Below are positions 14,036-26,759 of a DNA stretch of 64,000 bases, one piece after another. The stretch is taken from the NCBI GenBank assembly GCA_951406725.2, contig OX597816.1:168020001-168084000 (forward strand), written 5' to 3'. Position numbers and translations under genes: made by a program. This DNA is from Octopus vulgaris. Lineage: Eukaryota. The notes under the pieces are model-generated. The model was not told the origin of the DNA. It saw only the letters and a program-made list of their open reading frames with translations, and did no database searches. Positions within the stretch are counted from its first letter, which is position 1, and each line of letters begins with the position of its first letter.

Positions 14036-14467
14036 CATGGAAGCCAGTCAAGTTATATTATTTTTATAGATCCTGTATTTAAGAAAATGTATTTATTTGA
14101 ATTTACAGCATGTTTTTTTCAACACGAGCACACTTATTTAGACAACATGACTCAAAGGCAGCAACCTGACGGAATCATTACTGCACCAGACAAAATGCTA
14201 AGACACATTTCTTCCAGTTTTATATTTTGAGTCCAAATTTTGCCACTGTCAATTTGCCTTTCATCTTTTGAGGTTAATAATATGAATATTAGTTGAGCCC
14301 AGGCAGGTTCAATGCAAATGACAAGACCCCCTCCCCCAAAATTTCAGGCCTTGTGCCTATAGTAAAAGGAAATATAACAGGACAATTATGAATATAGTGT
14401 CACCATTTAAAAAAGTTTCTTTTCATAAAAAATACATTTCAACATTTTCAACCATTTCTACATTAAA

Positions 14468-14631
14468 AGGCACAGGAGTGGCTGCGTGGTAAGTAGCTTG
14501 CTAACCAGCCACATGGTTCGGGGTTCAGTCCCACTGTGTGGCATCTTGGGCAAGTGTCTTCTGCTATAGCCTCGGGCCGACCAAAGCCTTGTGAGTGGAT
14601 TTGGTAGACAGAAACTGAAAGAAGCCTGTTG

Positions 14632-14662
<31 letters not shown>

Positions 14663-14862
14663 TTGTCCCCCTAGCATTGCTTGACAACCGATGCTGGTGT
14701 GTTTACGTCCCCGTCACTTATCGGTTCGGCAAAAAAGAGACCTATAGAATAAGTACTGGGCTTACAAAGAATAAGTCCCGTGGTCGAGTTGCTCGACTAA
14801 AGGCGGTGCTCCAGCATGGCCGCAGTCAAAAGACTGAAACAAGTAAAAGAGAGAGAGAGAGA
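14468..14862 (+). mobile_element. SINE family A
   Basis: Full-length match to the other copies. Confidence 0.9.
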
Positions 14863-15419
14863 GTAATGTTTCAGTATAGGCTTTACTAAGTGACCTAGCT
14901 TTTTATTGAATATCTAACATTTTTCAGTACTAATTCAAGATTATAATTAAGTATTATGAATTACATATGATTTATAAATGTTACTCTTTGGGTATCTATA
15001 GTTTAATAAATTGGGGATGAGGAATTTATGTTAATAATTTATAAAGAAGCTAACTTACAAATTTTAACGGATAATTTTTTAAACATTAGCAATATGTCAG
15101 CATGGAATTGGATCACTTCAGTACATTGTAGTATATTTCATTTTAGTGAACTATAAGTATTATTTATTGAGTTTAATCGTGTATTAATACGGTATTTTTC
15201 ATTAATGTTACTTTAATGAAGGTTAAATATAAAGTGTGAAATGTCAAAATTTAAATTAAACATTGATACATTTATATACACAAAATCCTATTTATCATTG
15301 TCATTATGATGATGATCATCATTACCACTAGCATCATCACCATCATCATCATCATCATCTTCATTATTGTCACTATTAGTGTCCTTTTTTCAATGTGGGC
15401 TTACGATGAATGAATCTGC

Positions 15420-17500
15420 TGTTGAGGACATGGAGGAAAGAAGGAAGTAGGTAACTTGCCAATCTTGCCATACACTGAGAGAATCAGATGTATGAAGTGC
15501 TCTGGACTGTAAGGCAAAATGTTATGGGGAAGAAAGTGTGCTGGAATGACAGTGGGTCTCTTTCCCTAATTGATGGTAGGAAGAAAGAGGCCTGAAGATG
15601 TTACTATGAAGGATTATTGTGGAAAATGCATAGCAAGAAGAGGAATCTATTCAAAGTGTCCCCAGCAGAAGAACCAGGCAATTATATAGTCAAAATGACC
15701 ATTAAGTATAGGAAGGCAGGAAAAGTAGCTAATCCATCTGGTAGAGTCCCTAAAATTCTGAAAATTACTGGTGAAATAGGGCTTAAACTATTGTGTCTGG
15801 GGAGAGTCATTCTCTTTCAGTGCCTTATTATTTAACACACTCACTGATAAAATTTCCACTTCTTTCTTTCTTTTTTTTTTAACGGTGAGTGTGTTAAATA
15901 ATAAGGCACTAAAAGAGAATGACTCTCCCCAGACACAACAGAATATGCTTCAACACACGAACTCATATAAAGAATCTTGCAAACCAAATCCAAAAACGAA
16001 ATAGGGCTTAAACTAGTTATCCACATGGTCAACCAAGTTACAGGGTAGTGTCATGTCAGAAGAAAGTAACTACTGAAATATCAAGCAGAGAGACCAAACT
16101 ATGAAAGTAACATAAAGACTCTTAGAGCGCAGTTGATGAAGACAAGTATCATCTTAGATGAGATACAGTCCAGATTTACCCCAGGTCAATTTAACATTGA
16201 TGCTCTCTTCATAGTGAGACAGCTGCAAGAGAAGTTTTTAGCTGCAAGTAAACCTCTCTACATGGCATTTGTTGATCAGGAAAAAAGCCTGCGACAGAGT
16301 ATCAGGATGTATTGTCTTGATGATCATTAAGAGAACTCAGAAATGATGAAATATGCAATCTATGTACAGAATACAGGAGTGGCTGTGTGGTAAATAGCTT
16401 GCTTACCAACCACATGGTTCCGGGTTCAGTCCCACTGCATGGCACCTTGGGCAAGTGTCTTCTACTATAGCCTCGGGCCGACCAATGCCTTGTGAGTGGA
16501 TTTGGTAGACGGAAACTGAAAGAAGCCCATCGTATATATGTATATATATATATATGTGTGTGTGCGTGTGTGTTTGTGTGTCTGTGTTTGTCCCTCTAGC
16601 ATTGCTAGACAACCGATGCTGGTGTGTTTATGTCCCCGTCACTTAGCAGTTCGGCAAAAGAAACCAATAGAATAAGTACTGGGCTTACAAAGAATAAGTC
16701 CCGGGGTCGAGTTGCTCAACTAAAAGTGGTGCTCCAGCATGGCTGCAGTCAAATGACTGAAACAAGTAAAAGAGTAAAAGAGTAAAAGAGAATACAGTCA
16801 ATGAAGTGTATTACCAATGAGTTTGGTAAAGAATTTAGAATACAAATAGGTGTCCACCAAGGCTCTGTTCTCAGCTACCTCATATTTATCATAGTCCTCC
16901 AAGTCATAGCAGACTGGTGTCCCATGAAGCCTCCTATATGCTGATAACCCAGGCCTTATAGCAGAAACTCTGGTAAATTTAGAAAAAACATCAGACAGGA
17001 ATCAAAAGGCCTCATAGTAGCTATAGTGAATACTAAGATGTTAGTAAACAAGCAGGAAAATGAGACTATTATTCTGACAAGGAAATGACCATACTTAGTA
17101 TGCAAAAAAGTATGTAGAAATTTCTTAAGATGTACCTAATATGATTAATGAGTGCACAAAATGTGTACTGGAATCAATGGCAGGCTGACAGTGAATAAGG
17201 ACTTTGCATATGGTAGATAAGCTGGTGTAGTTAGCTCTCAGAACACCAGTAAAATAAATTTGTTGCAATGCTCTAAAGGCTCTATAGAAGTAGTAGATAA
17301 CTTCTACTACTTCAGTGATCTAATTACCAGAGGAGGAAAGAGTTCTAAAAGCATAGTAGCCAGATCTAGAATATGGTGTAAAAAGTTCAGGGAGCTATTA
17401 CATCTACAGACAAAAGGAGAATTCTTTTTCCAAGTGAAAGGTATATTGTATGATATAAACTGTAATATTGCATGATAGTAAGATAGGTGCACTGAATATA
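15420..17500 (+). mobile_element. Decayed RTE-like LINE reverse transcriptase, interrupted by insertions
   Basis: DALFIVRQLQEKF...YMAFVD.EK, GVHQGSVLS and EVVDNFYYF motifs in broken frames. Confidence 0.85.
16373..16791 (+). mobile_element. SINE family A inserted in the LINE remnant
   Basis: Flanking direct repeat AGAATACAG at 16368-16376 and 16789-16797. Confidence 0.9.
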
Positions 17501-18047
17501 GATGTCTGTAGATTGGGGAAAGACAGGAAGTGAACATAAACTAGTGGTTAGAGCAGCAGACTAGCAGTTGAGAGATCGCGGGTTCAAATCTCAGACCGGG
17601 CAATGTGTATGTTTATGAGCGAAACACCTAAGCTCCACGTAGTTCTGCCAGAAGGTAATAGCGAACTTCTGCTGACTCTTTCACCACAACTTTCTTTCAC
17701 ATTAAGGCAGCGAGCTGGTAGAAATGTTAGCACGCCGGGTGAAATGCTTAGTGGTATTTCATCTGCCGTTATGTTCTGAGTTCAAATTCTGAGTTCAAAT
17801 TCTGCCGTTATGTTCTGAGTTCAAATAAACTAGTAATCAGTGACCCCAGATTAGGGATACATAATCTCAGAGCAATTAGAAGAGAGAACAACAACAATGA
17901 TAATGGTGATGGCTATGATGACAATAACAACAATGAGGCTGTTTCATATTAATAACTTTGTGGACAAAAACAACTGTTGGTTGGTTTAGATAATTAGTAG
18001 TTTTCTTCTGGATGAAATAGGTTTGTAAATTGCTTTACCATTATTAC

Positions 18048-18101
18048 CTCTCGGCAAATTTGTCATAGGTATGTCAATACCTGCCAATTTTTTTTCAATA
18101 A
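18048..18101 (-). CDS. Candidate cassette exon in the RCK1-RCK2 linker: (F)IEKKLAGIDIPMTNLPR(G)
   Basis: Strong acceptor ttttcttgttcttcacag and an open phase-1 frame. Three in-phase GT donors give 21, 54 or 63 nt. No homology support. Confidence 0.45.
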
Positions 18102-19925
18102 CTGTGAAGAACAAGAAAATAATCCTAATAAATGGCAACTGCAAATTATTTCTTTGAACAAGTGGATAGACACTTTATTGTCAGTCTTGGGAAAAGTCTA
18201 ATATATAATGAAATTCAAGGAACGTAATATTGTGATTTTCTTGTATACAGCAATATAAATATTGGAAGTAAAAAATGCAGATATGTAGACAATTTTTCTG
18301 AAAAAAATAAGAAGTAATATTTAGTCTCATGTTCATAGCTTGTAAGATAGCATAAAAAAAACATTTTTTTTGTCCAAAGCCAAACTCAAAAGGTGTAGTG
18401 CTCCAAACTGTTGCAGGCTTTCATAGGAGGAGTGGGCATAATTGATAGAACTTCTGTCGGTTGATGTTTGGAAATAAAATGTTGGAAATAAAATGCTGGA
18501 AATGAATTTCATAAAAGTATAGTTCTGAGTAGAAAATATTAGGCAAAGGAATTAGTATGATGTTAAGTGATGAGACACAATTGGAGTGACAAGAAGAGGA
18601 AATACATGGAATGTTTTATTGTAAAGGTGGTTCATGGGTGCTTTGTCCACAAGAGCAGAGGCTTTGTATTATTCTTAGAGGTTATGTATATTTAGCAAGA
18701 GGTTTTGATGAGGCTAAATAGCAATGTCATATGCAGAGGAGCAAAATAGAAAATATATATATATGTATGTGGAGGCGCAATGGCCCAGTGGTTAGGGCAG
18801 TGGACTCGCGGTTGTAGGATCGCGGTTTTGATTCCCAGACCAGGCGTTGTGATTGTTTACTGAGCGAAAAACATCTAAAGCTCCACGAGGCTCTGGCAGG
18901 GGTGGTGGCGATCCCTGCAGTACTCTTTCGCTGTAACTTTCTCCCACTCTTTCTTCTGTTGGCCTGCTCGCTTAACCAGCGGGGTGGCGTCATTTGAAGG
19001 CTAAAACAATGTGAAGTGCATTGTGTAACAACATCTGATAGCCTGGTCGGTCATGGTGATCACGGTGATATGTATATATAAAACGATATAAACCAGGATT
19101 ACACTAGATAGAATGGATTTAGAGTTAAAGAGATCTCTATTGATGCATATTATGAGTGACAAAGCTGGAAAAAGCTTCTAATACAGGAGTTAATAACTGG
19201 TTGGAGGCACAACATCACTAGCATGTATTCTTTTAAAATAAAGAATTGGGTGCATATTGTAATATGTGGATTGGAGAAAGAAAAAGCAGTGTTGAAGCTT
19301 TTCCATGCATCATCCTGTGATGCACCTGGACACATCATTAGTGATGTTATCTGGGATCATTAAGTGTTTTGAGCCTTTTAACAATCAGACACTCCCACCT
19401 AGGCAACCCAAACAGAGTTAATGAAATCTCAGCTTGAGCTCGTTAACACTACTCCTTCCAGAGCTCATAACTCCTGATCCACAACTACTTTAAGACAACC
19501 TCCTCAGTCTCCTCAACCAACTAGCCCCTGTGATGTCCAGCGGGTTGTAATCTCTGCAGAAGGACTGACTGACCTGCAAACCCCCTTTATCCTACTTCAC
19601 TGGCATCACACATTGCTTGCCACTCATTACTTTGGCATATTTTATTCTCTTCCCTTTCATCTTCATCCTCAATAAGGTCTTCCAAGGAAATGAAGAGTTC
19701 TAACAGAACCACCTGCATCAGATGCTTCTGAGATTAACACAACATGTAGCCTGACAATGATGAGAGAACAACAGATATGTATTGGCTTAAGTCTTTCATT
19801 GTTTGATTTGCCTAATAGTGGTTTTATCTCTAATTTGATATAATATAATATAATATATTTATACTATAAAATTGGATTTAATCCTAAATCTCATTTTTCC
19901 CTGTAAGTTTGGATTCATTCCCTAA

Positions 19926-19959
<34 letters not shown>

Positions 19960-19963
19960 TATA

Positions 19964-20346
19964 TCTCTCTATATAAACGGCAGTTTGTCTGTGCGTGTTT
20001 CTGTGTGTCTGTTTGCTTGTACCCTCACCCTGACCACGGCTTTCAACCGATTCTGATGAAACTTGACACACACATAGCCCAATGTCATAATTCAAAACTA
20101 ACGCAGCGAAAATTTTGAAAAGTTCCCCCAGTTCTGAAAAAAATCGATAAATTCGACATGGGGTCGAGAATTAGAAACCCAAACCACAGACCGTCTAGGG
20201 GACGCAACTCTACCTTTTTTAACTCTCAAAAAAAATTTACCATCATTTGTTTTCCATTTTTTTGCTATTTTTTGGCTATAACTCTCTAAAAATGCTTTAT
20301 AGTTATTTCCCTTACAAACCTGAGCAACGCCGGGCGATACTGCTAG
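19964..20346 (+). mobile_element. Non-autonomous Helitron, shared 3' end and different 5' part
   Basis: Same 3' hairpin + CTAG|T. The 5' part resembles fragments at ~895-1080 and ~23695-23880. Confidence 0.72.
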
Positions 20347-20804
20347 TATATATATATATATATATATATATATACCCATTAATACAGTTTAATCACTATT
20401 TGACAAACTTACTGTTATCCCTCTCTCTGTGTCTACACAACTACTACCATGAATTCTACTCCTTTGAACTAGTTAACTGTATACCCCACCTTTCCATAGC
20501 TCACCTTCTGTCTGCCATGCTGTCTAAACTATCAAAACCTATATAAGTGCAGTTTCCAATTCCTTCCTCTTCACAATTACTTTCTAGCATCTGCAATGTC
20601 AGAAAAAAATGGCAAACTTCTCCCAGAAGCTTTAAATCTCAAGTCAATTCGAGATGAAGCCATTCTTCTTCTTCATTACAAATAGCAACAACCACAACAA
20701 TAACAATACCAAATGACGTGGTTTGTGTGTCAGTGGTTGAAGTGTGATAAGAGTATAAGAGTAGAGGAACAGTGTGTCACTAAGAATGGGATAGATATTT
20801 TTAA

Positions 20805-21024
20805 CCCTTTAACATTCAAACCGGCCATATCTGGCTAAAATATTTAACCTGTTTTATATTGAAACTGTCCAGATCTCGCCACTCACCTCAGCCCTACCAT
20901 GTCGTTCTAAATCTAAAAAATCACATCACTGAAATCTCTAAACTAAAAGATAATGCATGATTAATTCAAACCATTTTAAATAAACAAATATCACATTTGA
21001 CAGAATTATCTGAACACTAAAGAG
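20805..21024. mobile_element. piggyBac-like MITE (shorter copies at 46508-46629 and 49748-49827)
   Basis: TTAA|CCCTTT...AAAG(A/G)G|TTAA ends and shared internal sequence. Confidence 0.75.
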
Positions 21025-21314
21025 TTAATGCAGGAGCTAAGTGAACAACTGTTGATGGATAAAGGTATTCAGAGAGAAGTGGATCAACAGATGAACTTAT
21101 ACAAATAAGAAGAGACACTTTAAGTCAAAAGACTGGAAAACTTTTATTACAAGCATCCAGATGAGAGAAGTGAATAGAAAGAAAATGGTTAGCACTCTTC
21201 AAAAGCAACAACATAATAGAGATTAGCAGAGATGGAACATAGAGGATGAGAAATTTCCTATACAGCTTACATGTGTGAAGTTTTATGCTAAAAGTAAAAG
21301 ACTTTTATTCAATA

Positions 21315-21725
21315 ACAGGAGTGGCTGTGTGGTAAGTAGCTTGCTTACCAACCACATGGTTCCGGGTTCAGTCCCACTGCGTGGCATCTTGGGCAAGTGT
21401 CTTCTACTATGGCCTCAGGCCGACCAATGCCTTGTGAGTGGATTTGGTAGACGGAAACTGAAAGAAGCCTGTCGTATATATATGTATATGTATGTATGTG
21501 TATGTGTGTGTATATGTTTGTGTGTCTGTGTTTGTCCCCCTAGCATTGCTTGACAACCGATGCTGGTGTGTTTATGTCCCCGTTACTTAGCGGTTCGGCA
21601 AAAGAGACCGATAGAATAAGTACTGGGCTTACAAAAAGAATAAGTCCTGGGGTCGAGTTGCTCGATTAAAGGCGGTGCTCCAGCATGGCCACAGTCAAAT
21701 GACTGAAACAAGTAAAAAGAAAAAA
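21315..21725 (+). mobile_element. SINE family A (further + copies at ~217-318, 22665-23012, 27490-27895 and 33183-33563)
   Basis: Sequence identity to the family. Confidence 0.9.
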
Positions 21726-21756
21726 AAAGATTAAAAAAATAACAAGAATAACTTAC

Positions 21757-21944
21757 AGCGTCTCTCTCCATTTAAAGATTGCTGTTCATTAAAATCATGT
21801 TTAATCTGAGCATATTCTTCTTGTGTTATGCTTAAGTAATAACAGATATCAGATTTTTTCAGTGTATATCTTGATCCAGGATTCAGTTGTATTTGATTGT
21901 TTGGTTTTAAAGTATCTTCGACCGCAAGCAGACATACACCAAAT
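21757..21944 (-). CDS. Slo2: Slo2 exon (end of RCK1): FGVCLLAVEDTLKPNNQIQLNPGSRYTLKKSDICYYLSITQEEYAQIKHDFNEQQSLNGERR
   Basis: tttcag/gtaagt, 188 nt, phase 2-1. GVCL, LNPG and D.C.Y..IT.EE motifs. Confidence 0.95.
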
Positions 21945-22004
21945 CTGAAATAAAATTTAATAACAATAATTGTGTCAGAATTAATAGAATACCACTACTA
22001 GCTA

Positions 22005-22598
22005 CGCACGTAAAAAACACCATCCGAGCGTGGCCGTTCGCCAACCTCGTCTGGCACCTGTGTCCATGGCACGTAAAAAAAATAAATAAATAAAAAAAAA
22101 CAAAAAAAAACCACCATCCGAGCGTGGCCGTTCGCCAGCCTCGTCTGGCACCTGTGTCCATGGCACATAAAAAAAATAAATAAATAAAAAAAACAAAAAA
22201 AAACCACCACCTGAGCGTGGCCGTTCGCCAGCCTCGTCTGGCACCTGTGTCGGTGGCACATAAAAAACACCATCCGAGCGTGGCCGTTCGCCAGCCTCGT
22301 CTGGCACCTGTGTCCGTGGCACATAAAAAATAAATAAATAAAAAAAAACAAAAAAAAACACCATCCGAGCGTGGCCGTTCGCCAGCCTCGTCTGGCACCT
22401 GTGTCGGTGGCACATAAAAAGCACCCACTACACTAACGGAGTGGTTGGCATGAGGAAGCGCATCCAGCTGTAGAAACACTGCCAGATCTGACTGGCCTGG
22501 TGCAGCCTTCGGGCTTCCCAGACTCCAGCTGAACCGTCCAACCCATGCTAGCATGGAAAGCGGACGTTAAACGACGATGATGATGATGATGATGATGA
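22005..22598 (+). mobile_element. Family B element with ~6 internal tandem units of 55-75 bp
   Basis: Repeated CACCATCCGAGCGTGGCCGTTCGCCAGCCTCGTCTGGCACCTGTGTC units followed by the family-B 3' end and (GAT)n. Confidence 0.85.
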
Positions 22599-24064
22599 TA
22601 AACAACACACATTGTTTATCAATATTATATTTCTTTATCATCAATTTCAAAATAAATAAAAAAAATGGTTCTGGGTTCAGTCCCACTGCATGGCATCGTG
22701 GGCAAGTGTCTTCTGCTATAGCCTCGGGCCGACCAAAGCCTTGTGAGTGGATTTGGTAGACAGAAACTGAAAGAAGCCTGTCGTATATATGTATATATGT
22801 ATGTGTGTGTATATATTTGTCTGTGTTTGTCCCTCTAGCATTGCTTGACAACCGATGCTGGTGTGTTTACGTCCCCGTCACTTAGCGGTTTGGCAAAAGA
22901 GACCGATAGAATAAGTACTGGACTTACAAAGAATAAGTCCCGAGGTCGATTTGCTCGACTAAAGGTGGTGCTCCAGCATGGCCACAGTCAAATGACTGAA
23001 ACAAGTAATAGAGTATATATATTGACATTTAATGGCTAGTGTAAAGAAACTGGATTTCTTTAATGAAAATCTATCACAATTTTCAATATTCCTAAATTAG
23101 CTAAAATAAAAGGATCAAAGCATCATTCCATATCTTCTTTGCATACTTTACCCAGTTATACTTTTTTTCAATTGATAAGAAGTCTCAATTGAACTGAAAC
23201 CTTTCTTATATTTTTCAAACCGAGTTACAAGCCAAATCACTGCTCCTTAAAACACCACATAAAATCCCATCAAAGTTCTGTAGTTTTAAATAATTTTGAA
23301 AACTCACCACTTTATGCTTTGTTACATTTCTTTTGAGTTTATTTTATGAAATATTTTTATGATGTAATATGTTTCTATGTAATACTTTGTATTATATATA
23401 TACATATATATTGGTAAAAACGGTAAGATAACAAAAGAAAGAAAGAGACCTCAATATTATGTAAATAGAGGAAATTTATCTGTAAAATAATATGTGACAA
23501 TTATTCAATAGCCAAGATAAAACTCTGAGTTTCGGATGCCGAGGTGGAAATCCACAACACCATTTCTTCAGTTTTTCAGATGGCCAGATAACCGAAGAGA
23601 TGGTGTTGTGGATTTCCACCTCGGCATCCGAAACTCAGAGTTTTATCTTGGCTATTGAATAATTGTCACATATTATTTTACATATATATATATCTTATAT
23701 AAAATCCATTCTGTCCCTCTATGTGTGTGTGTGGCTTCTAGGATCTCGGGCATCCTCTATCCGATTGCGCTCAAATTTGATACGTAGATACCGACAGTAT
23801 CAGGGCGTGTATAAGTCTTGAAAAAATTACAAAAATCAATTCCAGGTGAGAATGCAATTGATAAAGCCGTGGGAAATCGTTTTTCTTTGAATAGAAAAAA
23901 AGTCTATCTTTATTTCTTCTTTTGGTGGTATCTCAAATTAAGGTTAAATCAGTGTTTCTCAAAGGGGAGGTCTATGGGACAGTTAAACAAGTTGTTTTGA
24001 GAAAATTTGCTTTAAATGTTTGACAACTCAGCACCATCCATTGGCCGGGGAGGGGGTCGTTTTG

Positions 24065-24100
<36 letters not shown>

Positions 24101-24284
24101 ATTTTATAGAAGGAGCTTCTGCAGGACTAGAACTGTTTCATTCAGATGAAATCTTCAGGAAGCTGGCTGTCAAAATAAGTTCTGGTATTTATGCATTTAG
24201 GCAGATTTAATGGAGTGGTGGTGGGGGACGTTTTTTGGGTAGGTTGGTATTTAGGAGATAAACAGGGCATAAGCTATTGTTCTT

Positions 24285-24713
<429 letters not shown>

Positions 24714-24863
24714 TGCGAATCTGAATAACACTTAGCTTTAGAAATATGAACTTATTTACAATGGATTTAAATGGTTTCTACCTAATTAAGATTTCAGAAA
24801 CCTTTGAAGAAATAAATAAATTGAACTTTTGTAAAGGAAAACGAAAATTAAAATGGAACATAC

Positions 24864-25013
24864 TTTGCATGAGCATCAGCTGAAGCTTCAGTGAAGCTTT
24901 TTCCTATGTAGTGACTGAAAAACAAGCTATTTTCAAGGGAAATATGGTAAAGCTCATTCCCCGAATGACGTCCATAAATTTTCTGCCACCTTTCTGGAGC
25001 ATCTTTACCTATA
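24864..25013 (-). CDS. Slo2: Slo2 exon (RCK1): [50 protein letters not shown]
   Basis: tatttag/gtatgt, 150 nt, phase 2-2. WQ..YGR.SGNE.YHI and GKSFT motifs. Confidence 0.96.
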
Positions 25014-26463
25014 CTAAATAGAAATAAAATACAACACAATATTAAAGGGCCAGGTAAAAATAATGAGAAACCTCCATGAACACACATTAACCCTAACAAC
25101 ACATATAACACACATAACCCTAGCAACACATGAACTTGCTTTAAAAATAAAGTTTTGACCTGTTCTTGTGTCACCTCCACTTACACATTCCCAATCCATG
25201 TTTTTTGGTCAGTTATTAAACAGCACAATATTTTACATAATTACCAAACACTCCAATCTACCACATTGAAAATAATTACCAATGGTATTTGTCCTCAGTT
25301 ATGATTCTATTCATATCTAGGATGCTTTATTTTCTCCAATGGGGATGTGATGAAAACAAAGACAATTTTAATTGGATTTGAACTCAGAGTGTAAAGGACC
25401 ATAGCTAAATATCATAGGATAAGCTCCTCACGGAAGACAGCAAAAGAAATATAATTGATGAGTGTTTAATTATTGCTAAACTGAGTTTGAATATTACAAT
25501 GAGTATCAGTTGGAGAGGAAAAGGATTGTCTGGACTGACTTCTAGATATATGATAAGAAAGAATTAAGTGGTGCTTCAAAAATCAAAACCAGGTAAACGA
25601 AAGACAATGTTTTTCTTAGTGCTGTCCATAAAGAATACAGTCTTGCTCACTAATGACTGCATCTGTGGCTGTTAATGACTGCTTCCATCAAATTTGAAAT
25701 GTTGTATGTGTTAATTGGCAAGGACTGAGGGGCTACTTTTCTTAGTAATGGGATACACATACAGTAGTATGTTTAGAAAATCAGGTTAGAGAGAGAAAAA
25801 GAGATTGAAGAATTTGATGAGAATAGGAGTTAAATCTAGAACCAGTCCATTTATTTTATAATAACCATGCATTGAGATAACTTTTCTAATCATAAGTGAA
25901 TTAAAATATTACAGTAAAGTCAAAGATAATAAAATTTTCCCCTTCTTTTTAAGAAGATCATTCTAGTGGGGTCAATGTGATTTCTCTTAAACAGCTACAA
26001 GTTGATGGCTGCATGTAGAACATAATTAGAGAGGAAATTCCAAAAGATTATTACTCAAGGAGGAAAGCACTGAAGTGTGGGGTCTAGCAGAGAGATTCAA
26101 TATGAATGATGAAAGGAGGAGAGAGACTGGCACTTGTGCCACTGAGTAGAAGGGGCACAAGAACAGTCACCTCTACAGATCAAAGGCCATTAACACTGGC
26201 AGATGGAGATGCAGCACATCTGTGAACCAGAGTTTGGAGTGTGTTGGTGAGCTAAAATGCTGATCAATCAGATGTTGGGATATGTGTCTGAAGCAGAAAG
26301 ATTTATAAATTAGAAGGAAATGTTGAAACAAGAACAAACAAAAAAGGGGAAAAACAATAAAAAAAAATTTCCACGATAAAATTAGGGTGCATATTTTGAT
26401 GATAAAATATAAAACTAAAGAAGTATTTGAAACATTCAACTAATATAATAAATTGGCACTTAC

Positions 26464-26572
26464 TCTCCTTCATAAGTATGAAGCATTAATGTCACCAATG
26501 TTGATATTCCTGGATACATGCAATTATTGGCAAAGAGAGCATATTTAAATTCATCTTCACATACTATACAAT
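26464..26572 (-). CDS. Slo2: Slo2 exon (RCK1): DCIVCEDEFKYALFANNCMYPGISTLVTLMLHTYEG
   Basis: tatttcag/gtaagt, 109 nt, phase 1-2. VCEDEFKYA...STLVTL motif. Confidence 0.96.
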
Positions 26573-26759
26573 CTGAAATAAATAATTAACTTCAGTTAGA
26601 GTCTTCTACTTAATCATCCTCATGGTAGCTGTATTAGTACCAATATATAAAATGCCATTTTCAGTGATTCCAGAGTGTCCCACCCATCCAATATTTTTCT
26701 TTTTATTTATTTATTCATTTCCTTTTTCACCCTCATAGTCTTTGCATAGGCCTGCGGTG

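Noticed and set aside
22005-22420. Repeat-spacer appearance resembling a CRISPR array (also 13731-14035)
   Set aside because: Eukaryotic context, no unique spacers (only A-rich slippage), no cas genes, and the units are internal to a SINE.
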